Shown: one piece after another, positions 1 to 9,644 of the stretch
Numbering within the stretch: the stretch's first letter is position 1
How the letters are laid out: each line of letters begins with the position of its first letter
Origin: Bacillota bacterium
Lineage (GTDB): Bacteria > Bacillota > Limnochordia > DTU087
Direction of reading: 5' to 3'
Length of the DNA stretch: 64,000 nucleotides
NCBI GenBank assembly: GCA_012519025.1
Contig: JAAYQZ010000021.1
Location: forward strand, 8,909-72,908
Notes under the pieces: model-generated
Seen by the model: only the letters and a program-made list of their open reading frames with translations
Databases searched by the model: none
What the model was told of the DNA's origin: nothing
Translations under genes and position numbers: made by a program

Positions 1-86
1 CTTCGGGGGCGGTATCCTTAATCATTTCCAACAGGTCCTCAGACAGCTCAAATCCAATGAGTAAATTCAAATTCTTATCCAAAACG
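1..86 (-). CDS. 5' end of an unidentified gene running off the left window edge (TTG start, MDKNLNLLIGFELSEDLLEMIKDTAPE...)
   Basis: AGGAGG Shine-Dalgarno about 7 nt upstream of TTG at 86 on the minus strand; open frame continues to position 1. Too short to identify. Confidence 0.3.
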
Positions 87-112
87 CTCCTCCTTCTGCC
101 CGCGAATTTGCC

Positions 113-691
113 CTACTGCTGTGGTATTGGTTCCAGCAAGCGGGTCAAGGCATCCTGCAGTCCCTCACTGATCAGCTCATAAGTGCTTCTGCGGCTGGCC
201 ATGTGTTTTTTAGGAGAGAGGGGGGCACCGAATTTGATCGTAATCCTACGTTTGACCCTTTTAATAGCGACAGGGATAATCGTTGCCTCCGTGCGGCTGG
301 CCAGCATTGCAGCCCCCCGCTTAAGGGGCATAATATTTCCATCCTTGTTTCTCGTACCTTCCACGAAAATGCCAAGTACATTCCCCTGCCTAAGCACAGA
401 TAAGGCACTGCGGATAGCCGAGCGGTCGTTTTCTCCCCGCCGCACCGGAAATGCCTTTAAATGCGGCAGCAGCTGTCCCAGAAAGGGAGTGCGAAAGAGT
501 TCATCTTTGGCCATAAAATGTACTGGACGGCGACTGGCAATTACGAGGAAGACCGGATCCCAAAGACTGCGGTGATTGGCGGCAAGCACCACGGCACCCA
601 TTTTAGGGAGTTCACCGCGCCCTTCTATTCTTACCCGAAACAGCAATCTGACGAAAACTTTCAATATCGCAATTACCATCCAATAGATCAT
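113..691 (-). CDS. plsC: 1-acyl-sn-glycerol-3-phosphate acyltransferase (lysophospholipid acyltransferase family)
   Basis: 192 aa; HX4D acyltransferase motif (ANHRSLWDP) and FVEGTR motif typical of PlsC/LPLAT. Confidence 0.8.
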   Translation of the reverse strand: MIYWMVIAILKVFVRLLFRVRIEGRGELPKMGAVVLAANHRSLWDPVFLVIASRRPVHFMAKDELFRTPFLGQLLPHLKAFPVRRGENDRSAIRSALSVLRQGNVLGIFVEGTRNKDGNIMPLKRGAAMLASRTEATIIPVAIKRVKRRITIKFGAPLSPKKHMASRRSTYELISEGLQDALTRLLEPIPQQ

Positions 692-716
692 ATATGCACC
701 TCACAAGTATAGCGGC

Positions 717-2213
717 CTAAAAGACCTGTTCAGTATATGACGCCCGCAGTTCTCTAATCATTGAGTGCTTGAGATTCCACAATTCCTCACTAAGATCCAC
801 AATATACTCTTCGGGGTTTTTCAGCCTTTTGTATTCCGGCCAGAATCTATCAAGCTGCTCGCGTCCATATACTTGGATAGCCTGTATTGAGGGGCATTCA
901 TATATCTGTTTGCCTTTACGGAATACAGGCACTAAGATCTTTTCAATATCATAGTCCCGCAGCGTTTTCCTTTTCCATGTATCAACGGGATCAAATATAG
1001 TTAACGGTCCGTGGGCCGGTACCTTTTCATGTGCCAGTACGAGTAAATCAGCCAAGGCTTTGCCGTTTTCTCTACTATAGAACCTGACGGTCTCTTTTAT
1101 GCCCGGCTCTGTGGTTTTTTCAGCGTTCTCACTGACTTTCAGTTTGGGAACCAATTGTCCGTTTTCTTCTAAAGCTGCTAGCTTGTAAACACCGCCTAAT
1201 GCAGGGTTGTCACCGCCTGTAATCAGCTTGGTCCCCACACCCCAGCTGTCAATCTTTGCATTCTGCATTTTCAAATCTTGAATAGTCTCTTCATCTAAAT
1301 CACCGGATGCCACAATCTTGGCATGAGTAAGCCCCGCCTCATCCAGCATTTGTCGGGCTACTTTGGACAAGTAGGCCAAATCCCCACTGTCCAACCGTAT
1401 TCCCAAGAACTTACCGCCTTGGGCTTCCAACTCCTTGGCCACTTTGATAGCATTTGGCACACCACTGCGCAAAGTATCGTAAGTATCAACTAAAAGCAGG
1501 CAAGCCTTCGGGTAGGTCTGGGCATATGCCTGGAAGGCAGATAATTCATCGGGAAACCCCATGACCCATGAATGGGCATGAGTGCCCTGTACCGGAATGC
1601 CAAACAACTGCCCTGCCTGTACATTGCTGGTGGAATCACAACCGCCAATGAAAGCAGCCCTACTTCCGTACAGTCCTGCGTCGGGTCCTTGAGCTCGGCG
1701 CAAACCAAACTCCATTACTTCGGTGTCACCGGCAGCTTCCCTTACCCGGGCAGCCTTTGTGGCAATCAACGTTTGATGGTTCATAATATTGGCTAAAGCA
1801 GTTTCCAGTAGTTGAGCCTCAGCTATCGGTGCTGTCACTCTTATCATAGGTTCATTGGGAAAAATCGGTGTACCTTCCGGCACTGCATCCATATCTCCCG
1901 TAAAACGCAGTTTGCCGAGATACTCCAAAAACTCTTCCGAAAACAGCCCAAGACTTCTTAAATAGCTGCAATCTTCTTTGGTGAATTTGAGTTCTCTCAC
2001 ATAGTCGATGGCTTGTTCCAGGCCTGCCGCAACCGCATAACCACCGTTCCACGGCAGGCGTCGGAAGAATAGATCAAATACGCCCTTGCGATCTGCGGTA
2101 CCGGTTTTGAAGTATCCGTAGAGCATTGTCAACTGATATAAATCTGTAGCCATTGTTAGGTTGCGTCCACTCAACTTTTCTACCTCCCGGTTGATCCTGC
2201 ATTGCAAGGTCAT
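717..2213 (-). CDS. pncB: nicotinate phosphoribosyltransferase
   Basis: 498 aa; N-terminus ATDLYQLTMLYGYF, conserved phosphoribosyltransferase core, typical NAPRTase length. Confidence 0.85.
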   Translation of the reverse strand: MTLQCRINREVEKLSGRNLTMATDLYQLTMLYGYFKTGTADRKGVFDLFFRRLPWNGGYAVAAGLEQAIDYVRELKFTKEDCSYLRSLGLFSEEFLEYLGKLRFTGDMDAVPEGTPIFPNEPMIRVTAPIAEAQLLETALANIMNHQTLIATKAARVREAAGDTEVMEFGLRRAQGPDAGLYGSRAAFIGGCDSTSNVQAGQLFGIPVQGTHAHSWVMGFPDELSAFQAYAQTYPKACLLLVDTYDTLRSGVPNAIKVAKELEAQGGKFLGIRLDSGDLAYLSKVARQMLDEAGLTHAKIVASGDLDEETIQDLKMQNAKIDSWGVGTKLITGGDNPALGGVYKLAALEENGQLVPKLKVSENAEKTTEPGIKETVRFYSRENGKALADLLVLAHEKVPAHGPLTIFDPVDTWKRKTLRDYDIEKILVPVFRKGKQIYECPSIQAIQVYGREQLDRFWPEYKRLKNPEEYIVDLSEELWNLKHSMIRELRASYTEQVF

Positions 2214-2282
2214 TATAGCAAAGTTTCGGCGTTTTGTCCTAAAACCATGAATTTAACAGGGTAAGTAAGGCAAAATAGAGGT

Positions 2283-3800
2283 CTATGCTGTGGGAAGTCT
2301 TATAAAAAAGGTGGTTCCCATTCCGGCAGCTGTTTCGAAATAAATCTTCCCACCATGGAGGTCGGTGATAATTTGATCAGCCACCGCGAGGCCTAAACCC
2401 GCCTTTTGTGTCTTAGTAGTGACAAATTCATCAAATATGTTGCGCCGTATCTCCAAGGGTATTCCTGCCCCACTGTCATAAATTTTTATTAAAATGAACC
2501 CCTCAATCGGCTGGTCTGCCTCAACGATGAGTCTGCCCCCTTCCGGCATTGCCTCAATGGCATTTATAACGACATTTGTCAATGCCTGACCCAGCAGGCC
2601 TCGATGTGCCTTGACATCAGGCAGCTGTTGGGCAATATGCAGCTCAACATCGATATGCGCTCTTAACAATTCCAACTCTTGTGCGCTCACTACCTCAAAG
2701 ATAATATCCCTTACATTCAAATTAGTTCGGTTTGTGCTCCACCGGCTCCACATACTTTCCAAGGTTACTTCAATTAAATTGGTCAAATGATCTACTTCCG
2801 ATTTAATCCGCTTCATCACTTGGATCCTTTGCTCAGGTTCATCGAGTAACGCGTAAAGCTGGGCAGAGGCTCTAATAGCAGACAAAGGGTTTTTGAGTTC
2901 ATGGGCCAAAAGCGGCAATTGTTTACCTAAGGATTCCAATCGCCGCATGCCGTGTACCCGCTTTTGTAGCCTAACATTGAGCTCTTTCAGCCGGCCTAAG
3001 GATGATTTCAAAAGACATTTAAATATCAAATGGTAAGCAATCAATTTATATATGTGCCCGATCAGATGGTATAAATCACCCACGTTCTTATTTAGTGCAA
3101 ACGCGATCTCACCGATCATCAAAAAGCCAACTGCGTTGGCACCATAGAGGTAAGTAGGGCTTGCCCGTCTGCCGAAATTTGATTGCAGCCAGATGTATGT
3201 ACCGAACAACAGGCCGGAGGTAATACCGCTGGCAAAGATGTATACCCAAGCCGGTACATCGGGTTCCAGCCCCATAGGGGCCATGTTCGTCTCACATTTA
3301 AGTATGCACAATGAAAACGCGACAGTGACCAAGCACGCCGCCGCGGGAAACAACCGCCACTGAAGTCGGTTTATTCTGCCAATAGGTAGGAAGGTTGCAC
3401 CATAAAAGGCCAATGCCAGGACAAGGCGGGCACTGCAGCCGAAAAGGAGTGCCTTGGGCAAACTATTGGGAGTAATAAAGTCCGGCATTTCCGGTCGGCA
3501 AACAAGATGCAGTAGATTAAGAGAGCCAACGATCAAAAAAGACGCACTCAGTGCAAGCCCTCGCAGCGTTTGTCTAAAACCCAAACCCCAACCGACTAAA
3601 AAAGCGCCAAGTGCAGTGCCGACACATGCAAGCTCTACCAAGGTATGCAGCCAAAATCCGTATATAGGCCCCTCCCACTTGGTATTTAGTTGGAGAAAAC
3701 CTACACAAGCTAAGATTGCGGCCGCGCCGACAACTGGCCACAGACGTCTAATACGAATCACAGTACCCGTGCTTTCGATTGTAGTCAGTGGGCGGGGCAT
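2283..3800 (-). CDS. membrane sensor histidine kinase, no adjacent response regulator
   Basis: 505 aa; N-terminal polytopic membrane domain (about 6 TM), H-box HELKNPLSAIRASAQL, C-terminal HATPase_c G-boxes (GLGLAVADQI...GMGTTFFIRLP). Confidence 0.85.
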   Translation of the reverse strand: MPRPLTTIESTGTVIRIRRLWPVVGAAAILACVGFLQLNTKWEGPIYGFWLHTLVELACVGTALGAFLVGWGLGFRQTLRGLALSASFLIVGSLNLLHLVCRPEMPDFITPNSLPKALLFGCSARLVLALAFYGATFLPIGRINRLQWRLFPAAACLVTVAFSLCILKCETNMAPMGLEPDVPAWVYIFASGITSGLLFGTYIWLQSNFGRRASPTYLYGANAVGFLMIGEIAFALNKNVGDLYHLIGHIYKLIAYHLIFKCLLKSSLGRLKELNVRLQKRVHGMRRLESLGKQLPLLAHELKNPLSAIRASAQLYALLDEPEQRIQVMKRIKSEVDHLTNLIEVTLESMWSRWSTNRTNLNVRDIIFEVVSAQELELLRAHIDVELHIAQQLPDVKAHRGLLGQALTNVVINAIEAMPEGGRLIVEADQPIEGFILIKIYDSGAGIPLEIRRNIFDEFVTTKTQKAGLGLAVADQIITDLHGGKIYFETAAGMGTTFFIRLPTA

Positions 3801-3959
3801 AATATCATCCCACCTCTATGTCTTTACTTAACGTGACAAACCATCCCGTTCTTATCCCACAGCTAAATGCACCACCTCAAATTCTGCCACTATCCTGCAG
3901 CTGCTTCATCGACTATTGGTAATTAAAAAGGGTGGCATTACACCACCCCTAATAACCCA

Positions 3960-5081
3960 TTATCCCAATGCCGCGGCTGTTTCACGAAGCTGTTCACGAA
4001 TATCTATGTTTTGAGGGCATAGATCCTCGCAAATACCGCAATCAATGCAGTCCTCAGCTTTTCCACCGTTATCACTGTCCGGACCCAACTTTTGGTACTC
4101 CTGCCGGGCGTAATCCGTCAGCCCGTAAACTCTGTGGTAGTTCATTAAACGGAAGTTGTGAGGGATATTTACCCCGTTGGGGCAGGGCATGCAGTAATCG
4201 CACCCGGTGCAGTAAAGCTCTGCAAGTTGTTTGTTTTCCTCCATTGCCATGTTAATGCGTTCCAGCTCCTCATCAGTTAAAGGAACTTCGGAGGAAGCGG
4301 CTTTAACGTTCTCTGCTACCATTTCCGCTCCGGTCATTCCCGAAAGCGCGCAGCTTACTCCGGGGTTGGCCAAAACAAAACGCAGGGCTAATTCCGGGCT
4401 GCTGACTGCCCGTTCACCCAGCAATTTCTGCAGTACAGGAGAAGACACAGCCAGACGCCCACCGGCTACCGGCCCCATGATCACGACTCCGACACCCTTT
4501 TCCCGAGCATACCCGATAGCTTCCTCATTTACCCGATCAAGCAGGTTGTACTGGCAAAGCAGGGATGAAAATATACCAAGATCGATTAGCTCCATCAGCA
4601 TCTTGGGCTCATCATGGAAAGAAAAGGATATATGCTTAATCACACCTTCGTCTTTAGCTTTTTGTGCTTCCTCCAAAAGATTGTGTTTCAGCACTATGTT
4701 TTCAAACCGGTCTCGATTCAAAGCATGGAAATGATAAAAATCGATATAGTCAACATCCAGTCTTGTTAACTGTTCCTCCAACAGCCGCCGATAATCACTG
4801 GGCTTTTCCACAAGCCATGTCGGCAGTTTAGTTGACAAATAGATCTGATCCCGCCAGCCTTTTAAGGCCTTCCCCACAACGGGTTCGCTGTTGCCGTGGC
4901 AGTAACCGTAAGCAGTATCGATGTAATTGACTCCCAATTCAAATGCCCGGTGGATAGCAGCCAATGCCTTTTCCTCATCAATGCGCCAAGCGCCTTTTTC
5001 TTCAACTTCAGGCAATCGCATTGCTCCAAATCCCAAAGCCGAAATCTCTACTCCAGTATTGCCAAATTTCCGGTATTGCAA
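3960..5081 (-). CDS. aldo/keto reductase fused to a C-terminal 4Fe-4S ferredoxin-like module
   Basis: 373 aa; AKR TIM-barrel N-terminus (FGNTGVEISALGFGAMRL), C-terminal Cys clusters CTGCDYCMPCP and CIDCGICEDLCP. Confidence 0.8.
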   Translation of the reverse strand: MQYRKFGNTGVEISALGFGAMRLPEVEEKGAWRIDEEKALAAIHRAFELGVNYIDTAYGYCHGNSEPVVGKALKGWRDQIYLSTKLPTWLVEKPSDYRRLLEEQLTRLDVDYIDFYHFHALNRDRFENIVLKHNLLEEAQKAKDEGVIKHISFSFHDEPKMLMELIDLGIFSSLLCQYNLLDRVNEEAIGYAREKGVGVVIMGPVAGGRLAVSSPVLQKLLGERAVSSPELALRFVLANPGVSCALSGMTGAEMVAENVKAASSEVPLTDEELERINMAMEENKQLAELYCTGCDYCMPCPNGVNIPHNFRLMNYHRVYGLTDYARQEYQKLGPDSDNGGKAEDCIDCGICEDLCPQNIDIREQLRETAAALG

Positions 5082-5113
5082 GTTTTTACCCCCTCAATAA
5101 TAAATCTTACCGA

Positions 5114-7225
5114 TTAATGCATGCCGTGGACAATGACCATTCTATCAGGCAGATGCTGCAGAGAGCCCTTAAGCTCATCGGCATCATTGACAGGTGGATG
5201 GCAGGTATTACCATGGCATATATATACTGTAGCTTTATCCTTCATGGGGGATTTGTCCTGCCAAAGCGCTTGATTAATCTGCCCGTTGCCAAAAGAAAGG
5301 CCATCATTATGAATTATCAGCCCGGGCCAATAGCTTGTCTGCAATACCCTAAGCAGCTGTTGAAAATTTTCGTCGGAGCGATCACCTAAAACAACAGCAT
5401 CAGCACTTCCTATTTCAACCAGATCCAAAACCCCATACAGACCAGCGAAGCCCCAAGGATGCTCTTCCATTTGTGGCAAATATTTAGCCAAAGCTTTATC
5501 AATATCATCGGCTTTAAATGCTGTCGAAGTCGGTAACACACTCTGCAGTCTAAAAAAGTTCTCCAACATTACACCAAAAGGTGAGGGATAAGAGGCATCT
5601 GTAGGACTCGAGGGTCGAAAAAGCAGCTCTGCATTCTCTTCTGTGTCGTAGAAAACTTGAGAATCAGGATCCCAGAACAACTCCACCCCCTGCTTTAAGA
5701 TACTCACGGCTGATTCGAGCCATCTGTTATTCAAACTGGCAGAATATAGATCTATCAGCCCCTTGGCAAAATACGCATAATCCTCCAAAAACCCCGGCAC
5801 CGATATACTGCCATCTTTAATGCTTCTATACAGCCTGCCGTCTGGGTGCATCAGGTTGGTAAGAATGAAATCGGCAGCTTGCTCAGCCCGCCTGATATAG
5901 TGGTTTACGTTCAAAACAGCACCGGCTTTAGACAAAGCTGATACAGCCATTCCATTCCAGGCAGTGATCACTTTTTCGTCTCGGAAAGGGCGAACCCGGT
6001 TTCCCCGTGCTGCAAGCAGCGTTTTTTGTCCTTCCGCCAGCTGCGCCCTATCGCCGGTTGGTATGGATTCATCAGGTTTTGCAATATGCAAAACTGAACG
6101 GCCACCTTCCAAATGACCGCGTCCGGTAACCCCGTAATGCGCGCATATTGCATTTCCAAGCTCAGGGCCTAAAACTTCCATAATCTCATTTTTTTCCCAG
6201 GTGTAAAACAGCCCCTCTTCACCATGGGTGTCCGCATCCTCTGCTGCATAAAAACCTCCATCATCATGCTGCATGTCACGGAGCAAATAATCCAGTGTTT
6301 CACGGGTTATCCGACTATAACTTGGTTCTTGGGTAATTTGATAAAGTGAAAGGTATACCTCTGCTAAAAGGGCGTTGTCATAAAGCATTTTTTCAAAATG
6401 GGGAATCAACCATTTGTCATCAGTTGAATATCTATGAAAACCGCCACCCAACTGATCGTATATTCCACCTTGTGCCATTTTATCTAAAGTATTGATGAGT
6501 ATGGGCAGCAGTGTTCTGTTACCAGCCGCGCGCTGTGTAAGAAACTGTAAAATACCGGTGCTAGGGAATTTGGGTGCATCACCAAAGCCACCGTAATGTA
6601 TATCATATTGTTCGGTGAAATATTGCTCGGCTGCTGGTAATAATTGTCGCCCAATATCGGGATCCAAGACAAGCCCCGGCAGATTGTTATCTCCATTGTC
6701 CAGGCCAACCAAGGCTCTTGTAAGTCTTTTAGCTGCATCATCCACATGGTCCCGATTATTTTTCCATTTCTCTGCCAAAAGCGTTAAAAGCCTGGGAAAA
6801 CCCATTCTGCCGTAACGATCCTTGGGAGGGAAATATGTTCCCCCGTAGAAGGGCTCCCTTTCTGGGGTCAAAAACACAGTCAAAGGCCATCCGCCATGGC
6901 CACTCAAAATCAAGGATGCCCTTTGATATATGTCATCTAGATCCGGCCTTTCCTCTCTGTCTACCTTGATGCAAATAAAGTTATCATTCATTAGTTGGGC
7001 TATAGTCTCATCTTGAAAGGATTCCCTTTGCATAACATGGCACCAATGACATGCAGAATAACCTATGCTCAATAAAATAGGTAAGTCCGTTTGTTGGGCT
7101 TTCTCCAGGGCCTGTGCATTCCAAGGATGCCATTTGACAGGGTCCAGACTGTGCTGTTTCAGATAAGGACTGGACTCTTCAGCAAGCAGATTACATGCTT
7201 TTGATGGGTCTTTTGTCAAAGTCAT
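5114..7225 (-). CDS. thioredoxin-domain protein of the YyaL/DUF255 family (thioredoxin fold plus N-acylglucosamine-epimerase-like alpha/alpha toroid)
   Basis: 703 aa; N-terminal thioredoxin-like CxxC (SACHWCHVM); length and domain order typical of YyaL. Confidence 0.75.
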   Translation of the reverse strand: MTLTKDPSKACNLLAEESSPYLKQHSLDPVKWHPWNAQALEKAQQTDLPILLSIGYSACHWCHVMQRESFQDETIAQLMNDNFICIKVDREERPDLDDIYQRASLILSGHGGWPLTVFLTPEREPFYGGTYFPPKDRYGRMGFPRLLTLLAEKWKNNRDHVDDAAKRLTRALVGLDNGDNNLPGLVLDPDIGRQLLPAAEQYFTEQYDIHYGGFGDAPKFPSTGILQFLTQRAAGNRTLLPILINTLDKMAQGGIYDQLGGGFHRYSTDDKWLIPHFEKMLYDNALLAEVYLSLYQITQEPSYSRITRETLDYLLRDMQHDDGGFYAAEDADTHGEEGLFYTWEKNEIMEVLGPELGNAICAHYGVTGRGHLEGGRSVLHIAKPDESIPTGDRAQLAEGQKTLLAARGNRVRPFRDEKVITAWNGMAVSALSKAGAVLNVNHYIRRAEQAADFILTNLMHPDGRLYRSIKDGSISVPGFLEDYAYFAKGLIDLYSASLNNRWLESAVSILKQGVELFWDPDSQVFYDTEENAELLFRPSSPTDASYPSPFGVMLENFFRLQSVLPTSTAFKADDIDKALAKYLPQMEEHPWGFAGLYGVLDLVEIGSADAVVLGDRSDENFQQLLRVLQTSYWPGLIIHNDGLSFGNGQINQALWQDKSPMKDKATVYICHGNTCHPPVNDADELKGSLQHLPDRMVIVHGMH

Positions 7226-7599
7226 TTTCCAACCTCCATGATATTAATTCCCACTTGTGGTTCTGCCCTAGTTTCCCCTAAGTTTCGACCTACAAAACAA
7301 CCCGGGGCCTTGATCACCCTTGGTTAGCGTTTGGTTCGGTCCTTTTATCGGGAATCATATTTCTCATTGAATTTTTACCAAGGACCTTCATATATGTTGG
7401 CAGAATATTTCCCACTACCTGGGGCTTTAGGCTGGTGACTGAAACGCCCGCAAAAGTAGTAGGCGCCCTAGTTTTGGTTTTCTTGACTTTATTTTACTTT
7501 ATGATCCCCAAATATGAGTAACTGCGGGGGGCAGTAAATAATGAAAAATTGATGCCTCCTCGATGCAAGGATTGTTCGTGGTTTAATAGGTGATGGGGG

Positions 7600-8398
7600 G
7601 TGGTTGAAATTCGAGAGCTGACTACGGGTGAAAGAAAGGAAATTGCCCTTCGTGCACTGCGGGAAAACTATCCTCAGGTTAACGCCCTGCAACCAATTGG
7701 GGAAGCAGCCTTTTGTAGTATTTACCGCGTGCCCGGCGAAGGGCGGGTGATCAAGGTCGCCGCTAAAGAGCGCATTGATCTTGAAATGGTCTTCTACGGG
7801 ATTTCGGATAAATACAAGATACCCGGAATTGATCACCAAAGGCTAAATGATAACGTTTTATGTCTGGAGGATCTGCAAACTTCGAGCACGTGGACCCTTG
7901 CCAGTGAGGAAGATATTTATCGCTCTGGGGTTGGTCTCGCCTGTGCGAATTGGTATGATCAGTTTCACAAGGCGGGAGAAGCAGAACTAAAGGCAAATCG
8001 CGATCCCTATAACAAATCATCTCAGATCTGAGATCAATACCTTTACATATAACGATTTTCACTATGTCAATCTGGCGATTTCACGTGGAAGCAAACCCAT
8101 GGTCACCCTTTTTGATTTCGATCACTCCGGAAAAGGCTTTCTCGAAAGTGATTATATGAACGCAGCATCGGGTTTAAAGGGTGAAGCTTTAGAGTGTTTC
8201 AAAGAGAATACACCTGTTGATAGTGAACGACTGGTATTGAACGAGTTCTTGGCAATCTTATACGCCCTAATCGTCGCATCCGGTCGCGATGAAATTCCAG
8301 GTTGGGCAAAGGGGCTACCTGAAACGATAATTTCAGCTGATTTTACTGAATTGATGGAAAAGGCAATTTCTATTCTTGAAAAACGGAGGGAACCATGA
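7600..8398 (+). pseudogene. frameshifted APH/CotS/choline-kinase-like phosphotransferase
   Basis: ORF 7600..8031 (frame 1) and ORF 8099..8398 (frame 2) are two halves of one kinase-like protein. Frame 2 stays open back to 7991 and encodes the catalytic loop (YNDFHYVNLAI) followed by LFDFDHSG (the DxD/Mg site). A single frameshift near 7990-8030 splits the gene. Confidence 0.55.
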
Positions 8399-9102
8399 AA
8401 ATAACCGTTATTAACGGAACTGAAGTTAAGGGCTGCACTTATCATATTAAGGAAGCGTTTTTAGATGTTGTCCGGGAGAAGGGTGAAATTACTGAGTTCT
8501 ATCTGCCGAAGGATTTGCCTCACTTTTGCACTGGCTGTAAGACATGCTTTTTTAAGAGTGAAGCACTTTGTCCCCACGCGAAATACGTGATGCCAATTTG
8601 GGAATCAATGTTAGAAAGTGACTTACTAGTCTTTTCAGCGCCTGTCTATGTGATGAGGACGACGGGCCAGATGAAGGCCTTTCTCGACCACTTGGCTGTG
8701 CACTGGATGGTACACAGGCCCGATGAGCGGATGTTTCATAAAAAAGCAGCTATTTTAACGAATGCAATTGGTCCTTTGAATGGCGGTGCCCAGCGAGATA
8801 TTGCAACGAGTCTGCAATGGCTCGGTGTTTCCGATATTCGAAAATGGGGAACAGGACTGTTTGAAGGGGTCATTTGGTCTGAAATATCGAAAAAACGGCA
8901 AAATAAAATAACGGAGAAAGTGCAGCAATTTGCTAAACATTATGAAAGGGATTACACTCCGAGGAAAGGCTTGAAAGTCCGCCTACTCTTTGCCCTCTGC
9001 AAAAAGATGCACCTCGACACCAGTAAAAAAGAAGATACGCTTTCCGCTGATAACCAACATTGGGTCGATAAGGGGTGGATCAAACCCAAAATGAGGGCGT
9101 GA
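8395..9102 (+). CDS. flavodoxin-like fold protein (NAD(P)H-dependent FMN reductase / iron-sulfur flavoprotein family)
   Basis: 235 aa; MKITVINGT... flavodoxin-like start, CxxC pair (FCTGCKTC), LVFSAPVY motif typical of the multimeric flavodoxin/NADPH-FMN reductase fold. Confidence 0.65.
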   Translation: MKITVINGTEVKGCTYHIKEAFLDVVREKGEITEFYLPKDLPHFCTGCKTCFFKSEALCPHAKYVMPIWESMLESDLLVFSAPVYVMRTTGQMKAFLDHLAVHWMVHRPDERMFHKKAAILTNAIGPLNGGAQRDIATSLQWLGVSDIRKWGTGLFEGVIWSEISKKRQNKITEKVQQFAKHYERDYTPRKGLKVRLLFALCKKMHLDTSKKEDTLSADNQHWVDKGWIKPKMRA

Positions 9103-9131
9103 TCTGAAAGGAGGTTTTAGGATAGGGTTAA

Positions 9132-9566
9132 AGGCCTACAGAAAAGATAGCGGCCATTCATATTCATTCGGTGTGTTTCCCACCATTGAACTCCTGGAGG
9201 CCCGTCCTGACTTGGTGAAAACTTCAGTTCTTTGATGCTATCGAGGAATACGTAGCTAGATATTCTCATGCAATCTACACATTCCGGCTTAATGCCGACT
9301 TTGCCTTGAACGATGTAATTTTGCCTGACACAAGCCCATTTGTTTTAGTTTTCGGCAACGAAAGTTCCGGATTAGGCCCCGAATATGATGAGCTTGGCAG
9401 AGGCGTGAAGATTATTCACAGTGGGGAGACAGATTCTTTAAATCTAGCGGTGGCAGTAGGCATTACTGTCAACCATTTTGCCCATCTGCTAAAGAAACCC
9501 TTTCCTTTTCGAAACAGATTTGAACACACCCTACGCGTGTCTAGCTGGGCGGAAAGAATAAACTAG
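9132..9566 (+). pseudogene. N-terminally truncated/degraded SpoU/TrmH-family RNA 2'-O-methyltransferase remnant
   Basis: Frame open from 9132. The C-terminal SPOUT knot motifs are present (VLVFGNESSGL; SLNLAVAVGI), but the N-terminal SAM-binding motif is missing and the flavodoxin-like gene ends only 30 bp upstream, leaving no room for a full gene. Confidence 0.5.
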
Positions 9567-9644
9567 GTCTTATTATCTCCCAAAAACCCCGCGCTCATAG
9601 CGGAGGGATTGTGCAAAAGACTTTGAATAAAAGATGAAGTGTTG

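Noticed and set aside
7763-8062. 99-aa ORF on the minus strand overlapping the split kinase gene
   Set aside because: It is fully antisense to the recognisable APH/CotS-like coding frames and has no motifs. It is best explained as a shadow ORF of the pseudogene.
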